A program made the position numbers and the translations under genes. 64,000 bases of DNA from Chloropicon primus (Eukaryota): assembly GCA_023205875.1 (NCBI GenBank), contig CP060757.1:372001-436000 (forward strand), read 5' to 3'. The notes under the pieces are model-generated. The model had not been told where the DNA came from and searched no databases. It was given only the letters and a program-made list of their open reading frames with translations. This document shows positions 19,485 through 28,488 of the stretch, in pieces (positions within the stretch are counted from its first letter, which is position 1; each line of letters starts with the position of its first letter).

Positions 19485-21986
19485 ATGTCCGAACCACAAG
19501 GGAGTGACGCGGACGAGAACAAGCCGAGCGGGTTCTCGGTGGTGACGGACTCGTTGTCCCAAACGAGGCTGGAGCACTTTGACAGGAAGATAAACTTCAA
19601 GCTCCCGAGCCTGGGGAAAGGGGCCGAGAACGAGAACGGAGGGGACGCGGAGGACTCCGAGGGGATCCTGTTCAGTGGGTTGAGTTACAACAAGCTCCCT
19701 GACCTCGGCGTCGGGATCGGCCAGCCCTCGAAGCAGCAGTCGTACGTGAAGGCTAGCTTCACGTCCGTGGTGCCGACTCCGGAGCGAGGACGCCCCCCTC
19801 TGGAGGAGTCCAAGGTCAGAAACGTTCAGGAGGTAGAGACCGAGGCGAGGCAACCTCCCCAAGCGACTCCCACGTCGTCGTCCGAGAGCGGCGAGGGGGT
19901 CAGGGAAGGCGAGGCGCAGACCCCAGCAGCAGTGACACCTGAGATCATCGCGCCTGGCCGTACGAGGGAAGACATGTTTGCAACGCCAGGCAAGCCGCTG
20001 GACTGCGACTACTATTTCGATAACATGGACTTGGACGGCCTGCTGTCGAGACTCGAGCAGAACAAAGTGAGCCAGGACTTGCTCTCGCCTTCTCTTGCTG
20101 GTGGCAAAGGGCCAGACAAAGTCTCGAAAACACGGCAGGAGGAGGGGGAGGCTGAGCAAGGGGGAGAAGTCGCAGCTTCGCCGGGAACGAAGGGGGCTGC
20201 CCAGGAAGGCGAGCCGGATGTGCCAAAACCCAGCTCGGGTGGTGACGAGCCCGTGAAGGTCCCAGAGGCAAGTAGGGCAATCCCCGCGTCTGCTGCCATG
20301 GAGGAGGCGGAGCAAGTGGAACTGGACAGCATAGACATCGCAGTCGTGTCCCACCCCATCATGGACCTCTGGGACGAGGACGACATCAACGACGAGAGCA
20401 CCGAGGAGTGGCTCTTCCTGAGCCAAAAGTGGACACCTCAAGACTTGGGCAATGTCGCGAGGACACTTTCTGGCAAGAAGTTCCAGCTGGAGAAGGTGTT
20501 CAACCTCAAAATTCCGTCGGGGTTCTATGCGATGGCCGGGGAAAGGGGAGTGATGCTTAAGCTGACGAAGCCAGAAGCCAGCAGCGACAGTCTGTCGACG
20601 AAGAGCATCCTGCACGACCTCAATTCCACCTTCAACCTTCCGTACCACGTCTTCCACAACAGCGACCAGATGGAGGAGCTCGTTTCCAGCGGGATTAGGC
20701 ACCGGAGAAGGATGAGCGCAACAAAGCTGTCTGCGCTGCGTTTGGACGGCAAGAAGAACGGCTTCAGCCAGAATGTGAGCGAGTCGCAGAGCAGGGACTT
20801 TGCTTGCGTGGCTCTCAGCCCGGATCTCAAGTCGATCGCGAGGGCGCTGGAGAGCCTGTGTTGCTCGCCAGTACTCCCAAAGGAGAAAGTCGTGGACGGC
20901 GACTTCGAGATGCTGAGCCTGGTGGCCATCTCGTCCTGCACCAAGGCGATCTCCCAGCAGGACAGAAATAGCTTGATGATGGGCACGGGCTCGAAGCTCC
21001 TGTCTCCGCTCAGAAGGGATCGCATCCGCAGCAACAGGGAGCACAGGCTGGAGAACGGCGTGGTCTTCGTGCTCCTGTTCGGCATGAACGCCGCGTCCCA
21101 CTGCTTGCATTGTCTTGAGGAGGGGAAGGAGGAGATTCTTGGCCTGGTTCCAAAGCTATCGACGACGTACTTCGCAACAAAGCATTTTGGCAGGGACGAG
21201 ATGCTGCAGGATCCAAGGGCAACGGGCAGCTTGAAGCCGTCGATGGGGATGGTGCCCGGGCTTCCCGTGGAGCGAACCAGGTGTGCCATCGACCTCAAGT
21301 TGAGCGAGAGCATTTATTTCGAGAGCTTCCTTCGGTCCCTGACAAGGCAGGGATTCTCCCTCTGTGACGTCGGGATGTCGACGGCGACCTCTTTGGGAGA
21401 CGGAAAGCAAATCTCGGATTCCCCCAAGATGGTCCTGACCGTGGAGAAAGCGGATGGTCGCAGGAACATGCAGTATTGCGTCCACAACGCCTTGAGGATC
21501 AATCCCACCTCAGGGGTTTGGTGCCCCGCTTCGACCAATCCTCCCTTGGAGGACTGGATCGAGAAGGACCGCCGAATCGACCCAGCGGGCCTCAGGGACC
21601 AAATAATGAAGGAGAAGGCAACTTGCCTGATCCTCGGGCCCTTTGACAACGACGAGAGGGCGGGGGAGAAAGGTCAGATCTTCCAGGACCTTTCCGAAAT
21701 CTCCAAGTTCTCGAGGAAGAACGGCTTCCGGTTGACAGCCCTCTGGTCCATCGACAGTGGGAACGCAAAGGTGTTCAAGCAGGTGGAGGGCCAGGTTCAA
21801 GAAGCGGCCTTGGGCAAGGCCAAGCCTAATAAAAGGATGTTCGTCATGGTTCTGCTGACCCGGGAGATGGCGGTCGTGAAGATGCAGCTTCTGGGTGGCG
21901 TGAAGAAGTGTAAGCACCCTGAGTGGATTCCCAAAACCAAGGAGGAGGTGTTTGAGGCGGTGAGGCTCTTCAAGTGTTGCCTGTGA
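19485..21986 (+). CDS. Hypothetical protein with acidic disordered N-terminus and possible degenerate NDK-like folds
   Basis: 833 aa ORF with coding-like codon bias. ATCLIL...GFRL...VMVLLTREMAVVKM loosely resembles the NDK fold, with no catalytic HGSD. Confidence 0.65.
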   Translation: MSEPQGSDADENKPSGFSVVTDSLSQTRLEHFDRKINFKLPSLGKGAENENGGDAEDSEGILFSGLSYNKLPDLGVGIGQPSKQQSYVKASFTSVVPTPERGRPPLEESKVRNVQEVETEARQPPQATPTSSSESGEGVREGEAQTPAAVTPEIIAPGRTREDMFATPGKPLDCDYYFDNMDLDGLLSRLEQNKVSQDLLSPSLAGGKGPDKVSKTRQEEGEAEQGGEVAASPGTKGAAQEGEPDVPKPSSGGDEPVKVPEASRAIPASAAMEEAEQVELDSIDIAVVSHPIMDLWDEDDINDESTEEWLFLSQKWTPQDLGNVARTLSGKKFQLEKVFNLKIPSGFYAMAGERGVMLKLTKPEASSDSLSTKSILHDLNSTFNLPYHVFHNSDQMEELVSSGIRHRRRMSATKLSALRLDGKKNGFSQNVSESQSRDFACVALSPDLKSIARALESLCCSPVLPKEKVVDGDFEMLSLVAISSCTKAISQQDRNSLMMGTGSKLLSPLRRDRIRSNREHRLENGVVFVLLFGMNAASHCLHCLEEGKEEILGLVPKLSTTYFATKHFGRDEMLQDPRATGSLKPSMGMVPGLPVERTRCAIDLKLSESIYFESFLRSLTRQGFSLCDVGMSTATSLGDGKQISDSPKMVLTVEKADGRRNMQYCVHNALRINPTSGVWCPASTNPPLEDWIEKDRRIDPAGLRDQIMKEKATCLILGPFDNDERAGEKGQIFQDLSEISKFSRKNGFRLTALWSIDSGNAKVFKQVEGQVQEAALGKAKPNKRMFVMVLLTREMAVVKMQLLGGVKKCKHPEWIPKTKEEVFEAVRLFKCCL

Positions 21987-22044
21987 ACTGTTGCGCGTCC
22001 CCGCAAGTCATCAAGAGAATGGAATAATCATTGTACGTTTACGT

Positions 22045-23253
22045 TTAGCCCCCGCTGTTGTTCATCAGGTCTCTCTGCTTTTCGTACTCAAGCCTTGCAG
22101 CTTCTACTTTGGCTTGCGCCCTTGACGCCCTTGCCTGCTTCTCCGCATTCGCACTCTGCGTGATGGTGTTGATGATGGGCCAAAGAATGAGACCCAGGAT
22201 CGCCAGCCCGATGACTACGAGAATGATGATGCAGAGCTTCTTCCTTTGGATCGACTTGTGGAGCGCCGCGGACAACTGAAGGGCCTTGGCTCCCTCTGCG
22301 GTGAACTCGCCCGCGGTGTTCACGTGAACCTCGATGTTGTCCAGGACCTCCGACTGCTGGTCCACCACCGTGGCCAGGTCGATGAAGACCTGCTGCAGCT
22401 CCAGCAGGCCCCGCTCTATCTCCTGCATGCTGCGGTACCTCTCGTCAATCTCGTTCAAAGTGTCCTGGATCTGACCCCTGCCCTGCTCCAGGATAGCCTT
22501 CTGAAAGATCTGCTCGCTTTCGCCGCTCTCTATCATTTCGCTCACCTCGTAGTCCGTGGGCGTCTCCCCCGTCACCGTCTTGTACCTTCGCATTACGATC
22601 TCTTTGTAGTCCGCCTGAACTTCCAGCCTCAAGTTGGAGAACTTGGACATCACCCTCTTGAACTGCTTCCTCTTGGCGTCGAAGATCGTCTGCCTCATCC
22701 TGACCTTGTGAGCACTGAGGGCACTGAGCTTGGCCTTCCTCGTGTTCTCGATGGCGGAGAAATGGTTCAAAATCGACTTGGACGTGATCGAAGCCTTCTG
22801 GATGTGCTCGGCCATCTGCTCCCTCATCTCCTTGAGGACTACAATCGAAGTCGTGATCTTGCTTTTCACGTGCAGGGCTTCGAGCTCGACGATCTCTTCC
22901 TCCATCTCCTGCATCTGGTCGTCAATCCTCGTGATGGTCTTGAAGAACTCCACCATGTCGCTGTCCGGCACCCACTGGGTGCTCTTCTTGTTCTCCAGCT
23001 TGACCAGCTCCACCCCGGACTGCCATCTTCTCTTGGCCCCCTCGGAACTCCCCCGCGTTGTCGCCTCGCTTCGCTCCTCCTCCCCCTCCTCCGCGATTGC
23101 AACCCTTGTGTCAGGCTCCCCGGACAAGGACCCCCCGTCGCTTCCTCCACCCTCCCCCTCGCTCTCCTCCACGGGATAGTCCCCGAAAGGATTCGCTCCG
23201 TTCCCCGGGCTCCCCTCCGCACCGCCCAACACCTCGGGCAAAAGGTTGTTCAT
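22045..23253 (-). CDS. Plasma-membrane-type syntaxin (Qa-SNARE, SYP1 class)
   Basis: Starts MNNLL; RRYKTVTGE, IESGESEQIFQKAILEQGRGQIQDTLNEIDERY, LLELQQVFIDLATVVDQQSEVLDNIE; C-terminal TM helix. Confidence 0.93.
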   Translation of the reverse strand: MNNLLPEVLGGAEGSPGNGANPFGDYPVEESEGEGGGSDGGSLSGEPDTRVAIAEEGEEERSEATTRGSSEGAKRRWQSGVELVKLENKKSTQWVPDSDMVEFFKTITRIDDQMQEMEEEIVELEALHVKSKITTSIVVLKEMREQMAEHIQKASITSKSILNHFSAIENTRKAKLSALSAHKVRMRQTIFDAKRKQFKRVMSKFSNLRLEVQADYKEIVMRRYKTVTGETPTDYEVSEMIESGESEQIFQKAILEQGRGQIQDTLNEIDERYRSMQEIERGLLELQQVFIDLATVVDQQSEVLDNIEVHVNTAGEFTAEGAKALQLSAALHKSIQRKKLCIIILVVIGLAILGLILWPIINTITQSANAEKQARASRAQAKVEAARLEYEKQRDLMNNSGG

Positions 23254-23513
23254 CCTCTCGCACGCACGGCCAAGCGCGGTCAGTCCACTCCCTAGCCCCG
23301 TTCCCGTTCCCGGTTTCGTTTCCTCCCGAGCCGAGAGAGAGACCCGAAACCAGGCAAGTGAACCAATCGGACGGATGCCCTCGAGATGCACTTCCGTCGT
23401 GTGCGAAAGCCCCCCTCCTCCCGTCACCGTCACCCTCGTCTCGCCGCTCACGCTCAACCTCGGCCGTTACGAGCGCGCGCGTTCGAGGTTGAGAGAGAGA
23501 GAGAGGAGGAAGG

Positions 23514-25715
23514 ATGGGCGGCGGTGCTCGGGCGCGAGGGCGCGGGGCGGAGGAGGAAGAGGGGAGGGGGAAGAGGAAGGAGACCCTGGCGGAGTTCTCG
23601 GAACGGACGGTGAAGAGGAAGCTGTTGAGGCGGAGGAGGGGGAGGAGAAAGGAGGAGGAAGGGACGGGGGGGCATGAGCAAGAGCAAGGCGTCGTCGAGG
23701 TGGGAGTCTGCGGCACGAGGGCCAAGGCCAAGGGCGAGAGGGGGAGGGAGGGCGAAGAGGGCGAAGAGGCGGAAGGCGCCGTGGAATGGGAAGACATCGG
23801 CGGCGAGAACGAGGAGGAGGACGGTGACGGTGACGGTGACGTCGAACTCGGGGATGCGAAGGACCTGGTAGTGGACGTGGACGTGGACGTGGACGTGACG
23901 GACCCTCTCGCGGACCATGGGTTCGTGAGGGTTTGGGCCTCCCTCGTGCACCGCTCCCACATCCTTTGCCTTCTTTGCCGAGGCCAGCACTGCGATGGCG
24001 TGGCCTCGGACGCCGTCCTCCAGGCCAAGGTGCTCTCGCTGGTGCCACGTTGGCTCCTGCCAGATCCGGCCTTGCTGGAGCAGAGGGCGTTCACGGCTGC
24101 TCGCCTCGTGCCCTTGACGACCTTCTTCTGCAAGCGGTTCAAGTGCAGCGCGGGAGGGGCGGTCGGAGAAGGCCTGTCCATGAGGGAGAGGCTCGCCGTC
24201 TGCTTCGACGCCGACCCGTTCCTCGGTGGGCAGGAGGATGTCTCCGTTCTCTTTGCCGCCCTCTGCAGAAGCCTGGGGCTGCAAACGAGGCTCGTGAGGG
24301 TGGTTGATCCCGTGGCTAAGACGCCGAAGAAGGCCCTCGAGGCCTACAGAGCCAGTCAGCGGAATCCTAGGGCAGGGGACGACAACGGCGACGGCGGCGG
24401 GAGCGAGGACGTTCAGGTCGTTGAGGATGACGAGGTCACGGTGGTGGTGGACAACACGAAAAAGGGCCGCGCGAAGGGAGGGAAGAGGTCTTACGGCGAG
24501 TGGAACCTGTGCGACGCGAAGGAGGTAAAGACGAAGGGAAAGAAGGCGGGAAACGGCCAGCGGAATCGCGAGAGTGGCGCCAGCTCCAGCTCCAGCTCCA
24601 CTCGTTTCTGGGTCGAGGTTTGCTTCCACACCCCAGAGGGGATGGTCTGGGAGAGCGTGGACCCCGTGTGCGGGCTGTCGGGAGACGCAGGGAAGTACAA
24701 GAGGGACGGGGGCTTGTGCATCGCGTTCAGGAAGGGGCGATGGAAGGACGTGACGCAGAGATATGCGTCGGACTACCACGGCAGTCGGCGTGCAATCGAC
24801 TGGAAGTGGTGGCAGGACACCTCGTTCGGGCTGCAGTGCAACGAGGAGGAGGAGCTCGGGAGGGAGGGCCAGAACGGGCAAAAAGGCGAGGACGCCCTCC
24901 TGGAAGAGCGGGTGGTGGCCCAGATGAAGGCCAACTGGCCGAAGACCCTCGCGGCCGCCAAGGTTCACCCGTACTACGTCCTCCACAGGCACTTGAGGAA
25001 GAACCAGGCGCTGCAACCCAAGCCGACGTTTCTCGGGAAGTTCATCGGGGGAGAGCCCCTCTACCTCAGGAGCGAGGTCCAGGATCTGAGGACGAGGACG
25101 GGGTGGGAGAGGCAGGGCAGGAAGGTGAGAGAGGAAGAAATACCAAAGCCGGCGAAGGAGTCTTCCCCCGCAAACGGCAGCGGGGGGAGGAAGCCCCCAG
25201 TCCTGTATGGGGAGTGGCAGACCGATCGAATCGTCCTCGAGGAGGGCGTGATACCCAGAAACTCTTACGGCAACGTCCTGGTACCCCCGATGGTCAAGCA
25301 GCTTCCGCCTGGTCTGAGTCACCTCGCGGTCCCGCCCTTCATCTGCCGAGCCTTGAAGAAGGACGGCAAGATCGCGGACTTTGCCGAGGCGGTGGCTGGG
25401 TTCGACCAGTCCTACGGGGGAGCAAGGAGGCCCAAGCTGGAGGGCGTGGTTGTGCTGGAGCAGGACCAGGCCGCCGTGGTGGACTCGTTCCTGGACTGGC
25501 AGTTCGAGAGAGCGGCAGCTGCCAGGAGGAAAAGATTGTTGAGTGGGGAAAGGACGTGGAGGAAGTTGCTCCGCACGCTCATCAAGAGGAAGGAGCTGCG
25601 GGAGGCCTACGTTCTGCCAAAGCCTGGGGCCACTCCTCCTGTGACAGCGTCGACATCGAAGGCAGACGTCGTCGTCGTCGTGGGGGGTGCCAAGGCAGAG
25701 ATCGAGGAACTCTGA
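23514..25715 (+). CDS. XPC: DNA repair protein Rad4/XPC
   Basis: VHRSHILCLL, LFAALCRSLGLQTRLV, FWVEV, KDVTQRYA, HPYYVLHRHL, WERQGRKVRE, LYGEWQT, IPRNSYGNV, AVAGFD. Confidence 0.93.
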   Translation: MGGGARARGRGAEEEEGRGKRKETLAEFSERTVKRKLLRRRRGRRKEEEGTGGHEQEQGVVEVGVCGTRAKAKGERGREGEEGEEAEGAVEWEDIGGENEEEDGDGDGDVELGDAKDLVVDVDVDVDVTDPLADHGFVRVWASLVHRSHILCLLCRGQHCDGVASDAVLQAKVLSLVPRWLLPDPALLEQRAFTAARLVPLTTFFCKRFKCSAGGAVGEGLSMRERLAVCFDADPFLGGQEDVSVLFAALCRSLGLQTRLVRVVDPVAKTPKKALEAYRASQRNPRAGDDNGDGGGSEDVQVVEDDEVTVVVDNTKKGRAKGGKRSYGEWNLCDAKEVKTKGKKAGNGQRNRESGASSSSSSTRFWVEVCFHTPEGMVWESVDPVCGLSGDAGKYKRDGGLCIAFRKGRWKDVTQRYASDYHGSRRAIDWKWWQDTSFGLQCNEEEELGREGQNGQKGEDALLEERVVAQMKANWPKTLAAAKVHPYYVLHRHLRKNQALQPKPTFLGKFIGGEPLYLRSEVQDLRTRTGWERQGRKVREEEIPKPAKESSPANGSGGRKPPVLYGEWQTDRIVLEEGVIPRNSYGNVLVPPMVKQLPPGLSHLAVPPFICRALKKDGKIADFAEAVAGFDQSYGGARRPKLEGVVVLEQDQAAVVDSFLDWQFERAAAARRKRLLSGERTWRKLLRTLIKRKELREAYVLPKPGATPPVTASTSKADVVVVVGGAKAEIEEL

Positions 25716-25787
25716 TTATGTAAACCTGCTTCAAATGACTAATGTATAGACTAATGTATGTATTGTATTGTATTCCACACGCAAGAG

Positions 25788-26237
25788 CTAAAGGCGCTCG
25801 AACTGGGTCCCGATGCCCTTCGCTTGCCTCTCCTCTCGAACGTACCCCTCGCACATGGCCAAGAAGTCTGGGAGGCCTTCTCTCCTGAACGCCTCATAAG
25901 TCCATTCCACAGCGGACAAGCCCAAGCGATCTCGATAGACGTAGGCCGAGGCCTCCGTCCTCTGAAGCTCGCCCTCCACCGTGACATCCTGCTTCACGTA
26001 CTCGTCTCCCTCAAAATCATCCAAGATCACTTCCTCTTGCGAGGAAACGTCGAGGAGCATCCCAGCCACCGAGGAGGACGCTTCCTCGCTCGCCACGATG
26101 CCTGGATACGACCGGTCCCGAACGCGGAACCTGCGGTAGCCCCTGAGCATCGCCGGACGCCTCTCTGGAATCCTCCCGAGCAGAACCTCGAGAACCTCGG
26201 GCGCCTGGAGCGTCCCATAGACAAAAACTCGTCCCAT
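25788..26237 (-). CDS. Gamma-glutamylcyclotransferase / AIG2-like protein
   Basis: VFVYGTL N-terminal motif, YPGIV, LDDFEGDEY. Confidence 0.9.
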   Translation of the reverse strand: MGRVFVYGTLQAPEVLEVLLGRIPERRPAMLRGYRRFRVRDRSYPGIVASEEASSSVAGMLLDVSSQEEVILDDFEGDEYVKQDVTVEGELQRTEASAYVYRDRLGLSAVEWTYEAFRREGLPDFLAMCEGYVREERQAKGIGTQFERL

Positions 26238-26486
26238 CCGATCCTATCAATCCGATCCGATCCAATCGTTACCCACTCCACCACCAGACCACCAATGGGC
26301 CGTTCCTTTCGCGCGAGGGCTCGTTCGAAAGACAAAGAGACGCTCCTTTTTTTCTTGTCCTTCGCGTCTTTCTCTTTCTCCGCCGCGCGCTCCCGTCCTC
26401 GTTGTTGTTTCCCTTCTCTCTCTCTCTCTCTCTCTCGTTCCCCTCCTCGTTCGCCCTCGTGCTCGGCTGTTAACGAGTCAGAGAGG

Positions 26487-27332
26487 ATGAGTCTGCTGGC
26501 GTCGGTGGAGCGTGCAGTGGAGCGTGCGAGGAGCGCGGGAGCTCTGAGGTTTCTGCCGACGAAGCCGGTGAACCACGGGCGGTTCATCCTTCGGGTGGCG
26601 GAGAGTCTGAGGAGCAAGCCCAAGCCCAAACTGGAGCGAAAACCTGGAGGCGACCAGGACCCATTCGACAGGAAGAGCCTCGAGAAGGAGCTCGTGGTGT
26701 GTGATCTGGAGGGAAGCGGTGACGATGGCGGCCACACGGTGCTGCTGAACAAGTTTCCGGTGGTGGACAACCACCTCCTTGTGGTGACCCAGAGGTTCGA
26801 GCCGCAGGATGCTCTGCGCCGGGTGGACTACAAGGCTGTGTTCCAGGTTTTGTCTGCCTTCGGTGAGAGGGAGGGGCTGGCCTTTTACAATTGCGGGCCG
26901 CACTCCGGGATGAGCCAGCCACACAAGCACGTGCAAGTCGTTCCCCTGCCCTCGTCCATCTTCAAGGAGGAGATCGAGGAAGCCATAGGGGCGAGAGACG
27001 GGGGGCTGTGTCCTGTTGACGGCCTCCCTTTCGCTTGCTTTGCCTGCGCGGTCGATCTGGGGACCAAGAGCGTGGAAGACGTTGGCTCGGAGCTGGAACG
27101 GATGTACGAGGAGGCGAAGGAGAGAATCGAGTTTGATTCCTACAACCTCCTCTTCACTCAGAAGTGGTGGCTGCTGGTGCCGCGGTCGAGGGACGGCTTC
27201 GGGCCCATCGGGATCAACGCCATGGGGTATGCGGGGACCTTCCTGCTGAGAACGCAAGAAGAGGTGGACTTCGTGACTGGACAGGAGGATCCCATGAGCA
27301 TTCTCACCAGCACTGGCTTTGAAACTCAATAA
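26487..27332 (+). CDS. ATP adenylyltransferase (Ap4A phosphorylase, Apa1/Apa2 family)
   Basis: DPF..ELVV, VLLNKFPVVDNHLLVVT, FYNCGPHSGMSQPHKHVQ (HxHxQ), SYNLLFT..LVPRS, INAMGYAG. Confidence 0.92.
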   Translation: MSLLASVERAVERARSAGALRFLPTKPVNHGRFILRVAESLRSKPKPKLERKPGGDQDPFDRKSLEKELVVCDLEGSGDDGGHTVLLNKFPVVDNHLLVVTQRFEPQDALRRVDYKAVFQVLSAFGEREGLAFYNCGPHSGMSQPHKHVQVVPLPSSIFKEEIEEAIGARDGGLCPVDGLPFACFACAVDLGTKSVEDVGSELERMYEEAKERIEFDSYNLLFTQKWWLLVPRSRDGFGPIGINAMGYAGTFLLRTQEEVDFVTGQEDPMSILTSTGFETQ

Positions 27333-27369
27333 TGTATAAATTATGGAATACACAAATACGTATACAAAA

Positions 27370-28448
27370 TCAACCCCTTTCCTTCCTCCGCTTGTTGTTG
27401 TTGTGGTTTTTCCTTCCTCCCCTCTCTCCGCCCTCCCCAGCTCCCGAGTTCTTTTCCGGCCTCCTGTTGCCATCGCCGCTCCTCCTCCTCCTCTTCCTGC
27501 TTTCGTTGTCCTCGTGCTTGGCGAACTGAGCGTCTTGGTCAGGCAGGGCCGACTTCTTCTTTGGCAACGGGGACGCCTTGTCTCTGGAAGACGGACCTCC
27601 CTCGGGCTTCTGCTTTTGGGGCGGCGGTTTGGGAGACATCCTTCTTGGAGGCGGCCTACGGCCCCTCATGTCAGCGGGTGGCGGTGTCCTTCGCTTGCTT
27701 TGGGCTTCTTTCTTCTTCTCTGCTTGGTCGCCACCACCAACCCTTGATCTCGCTGGAGCTGGTCGGGGGGCTGGAGCTTGGTTGCCACCACCAACCCTTG
27801 ATCTCGCTGGAGCTGGTCGGGGGGCTGGACCTTGGTCGCCACCACCAACCCTTGACCTCGCTGGAGCTGGCCGGGGGACTGGAGCCTGGTCGCCGCCACC
27901 AACCCTTGACCTCGCTGGAGCTGGTCGGGGGGCGGATTTGCCGTCTCCCATCCTGGACCTCATCGGGCCATGCCGAGCATCTCTCTCCCTCTGCTTTGGA
28001 TCCCTGTCTCTCGGGTGCTGGTGGTGCCTGTCCCTGTCCCGATCCCAGTCCCTGTCCCTGTCCCGGTCCCTGGGATCATCCAACCTCCTCCTCTGGTTGT
28101 TGTTGCCATTTCCACCATGATGCCTCGGGCCATCCCCATCCGACAGCCTTCTCTTGCTCCCAACGGAATAATCATTCCCGTGACGGGCGCCTGGGTGAGA
28201 AGAATAAGGCCTCCCCGGACCGTCTCTCTCCCTGTCCCTGTCCTGCCGGAAGGGCCTGTTGTCCCGATGCTGACCACCGGGGCCACTGATGTTCCTATCC
28301 CCTCTCCAGTCCCTGCTGTCTCTGCCTCGATCTCCTCGATTGTTGTCCCTTTGAGCTTTCGGAATGAAAGGGGGGCTCTTGGGATCAAGTCTGCTGGCCC
28401 CACCAGGGGATTTCAAGGAAGTCTTCTTGTTGGCCTGCTTCCTGTTCC

Positions 28449-28488
<40 letters not shown>

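Noticed and set aside
25758..26486. N-terminal 243 aa of the 524 aa ORF as part of the Ap4A phosphorylase
   Set aside because: It overlaps the antisense GGCT gene and a CT-rich promoter. Family similarity begins at the ATG at 26487.
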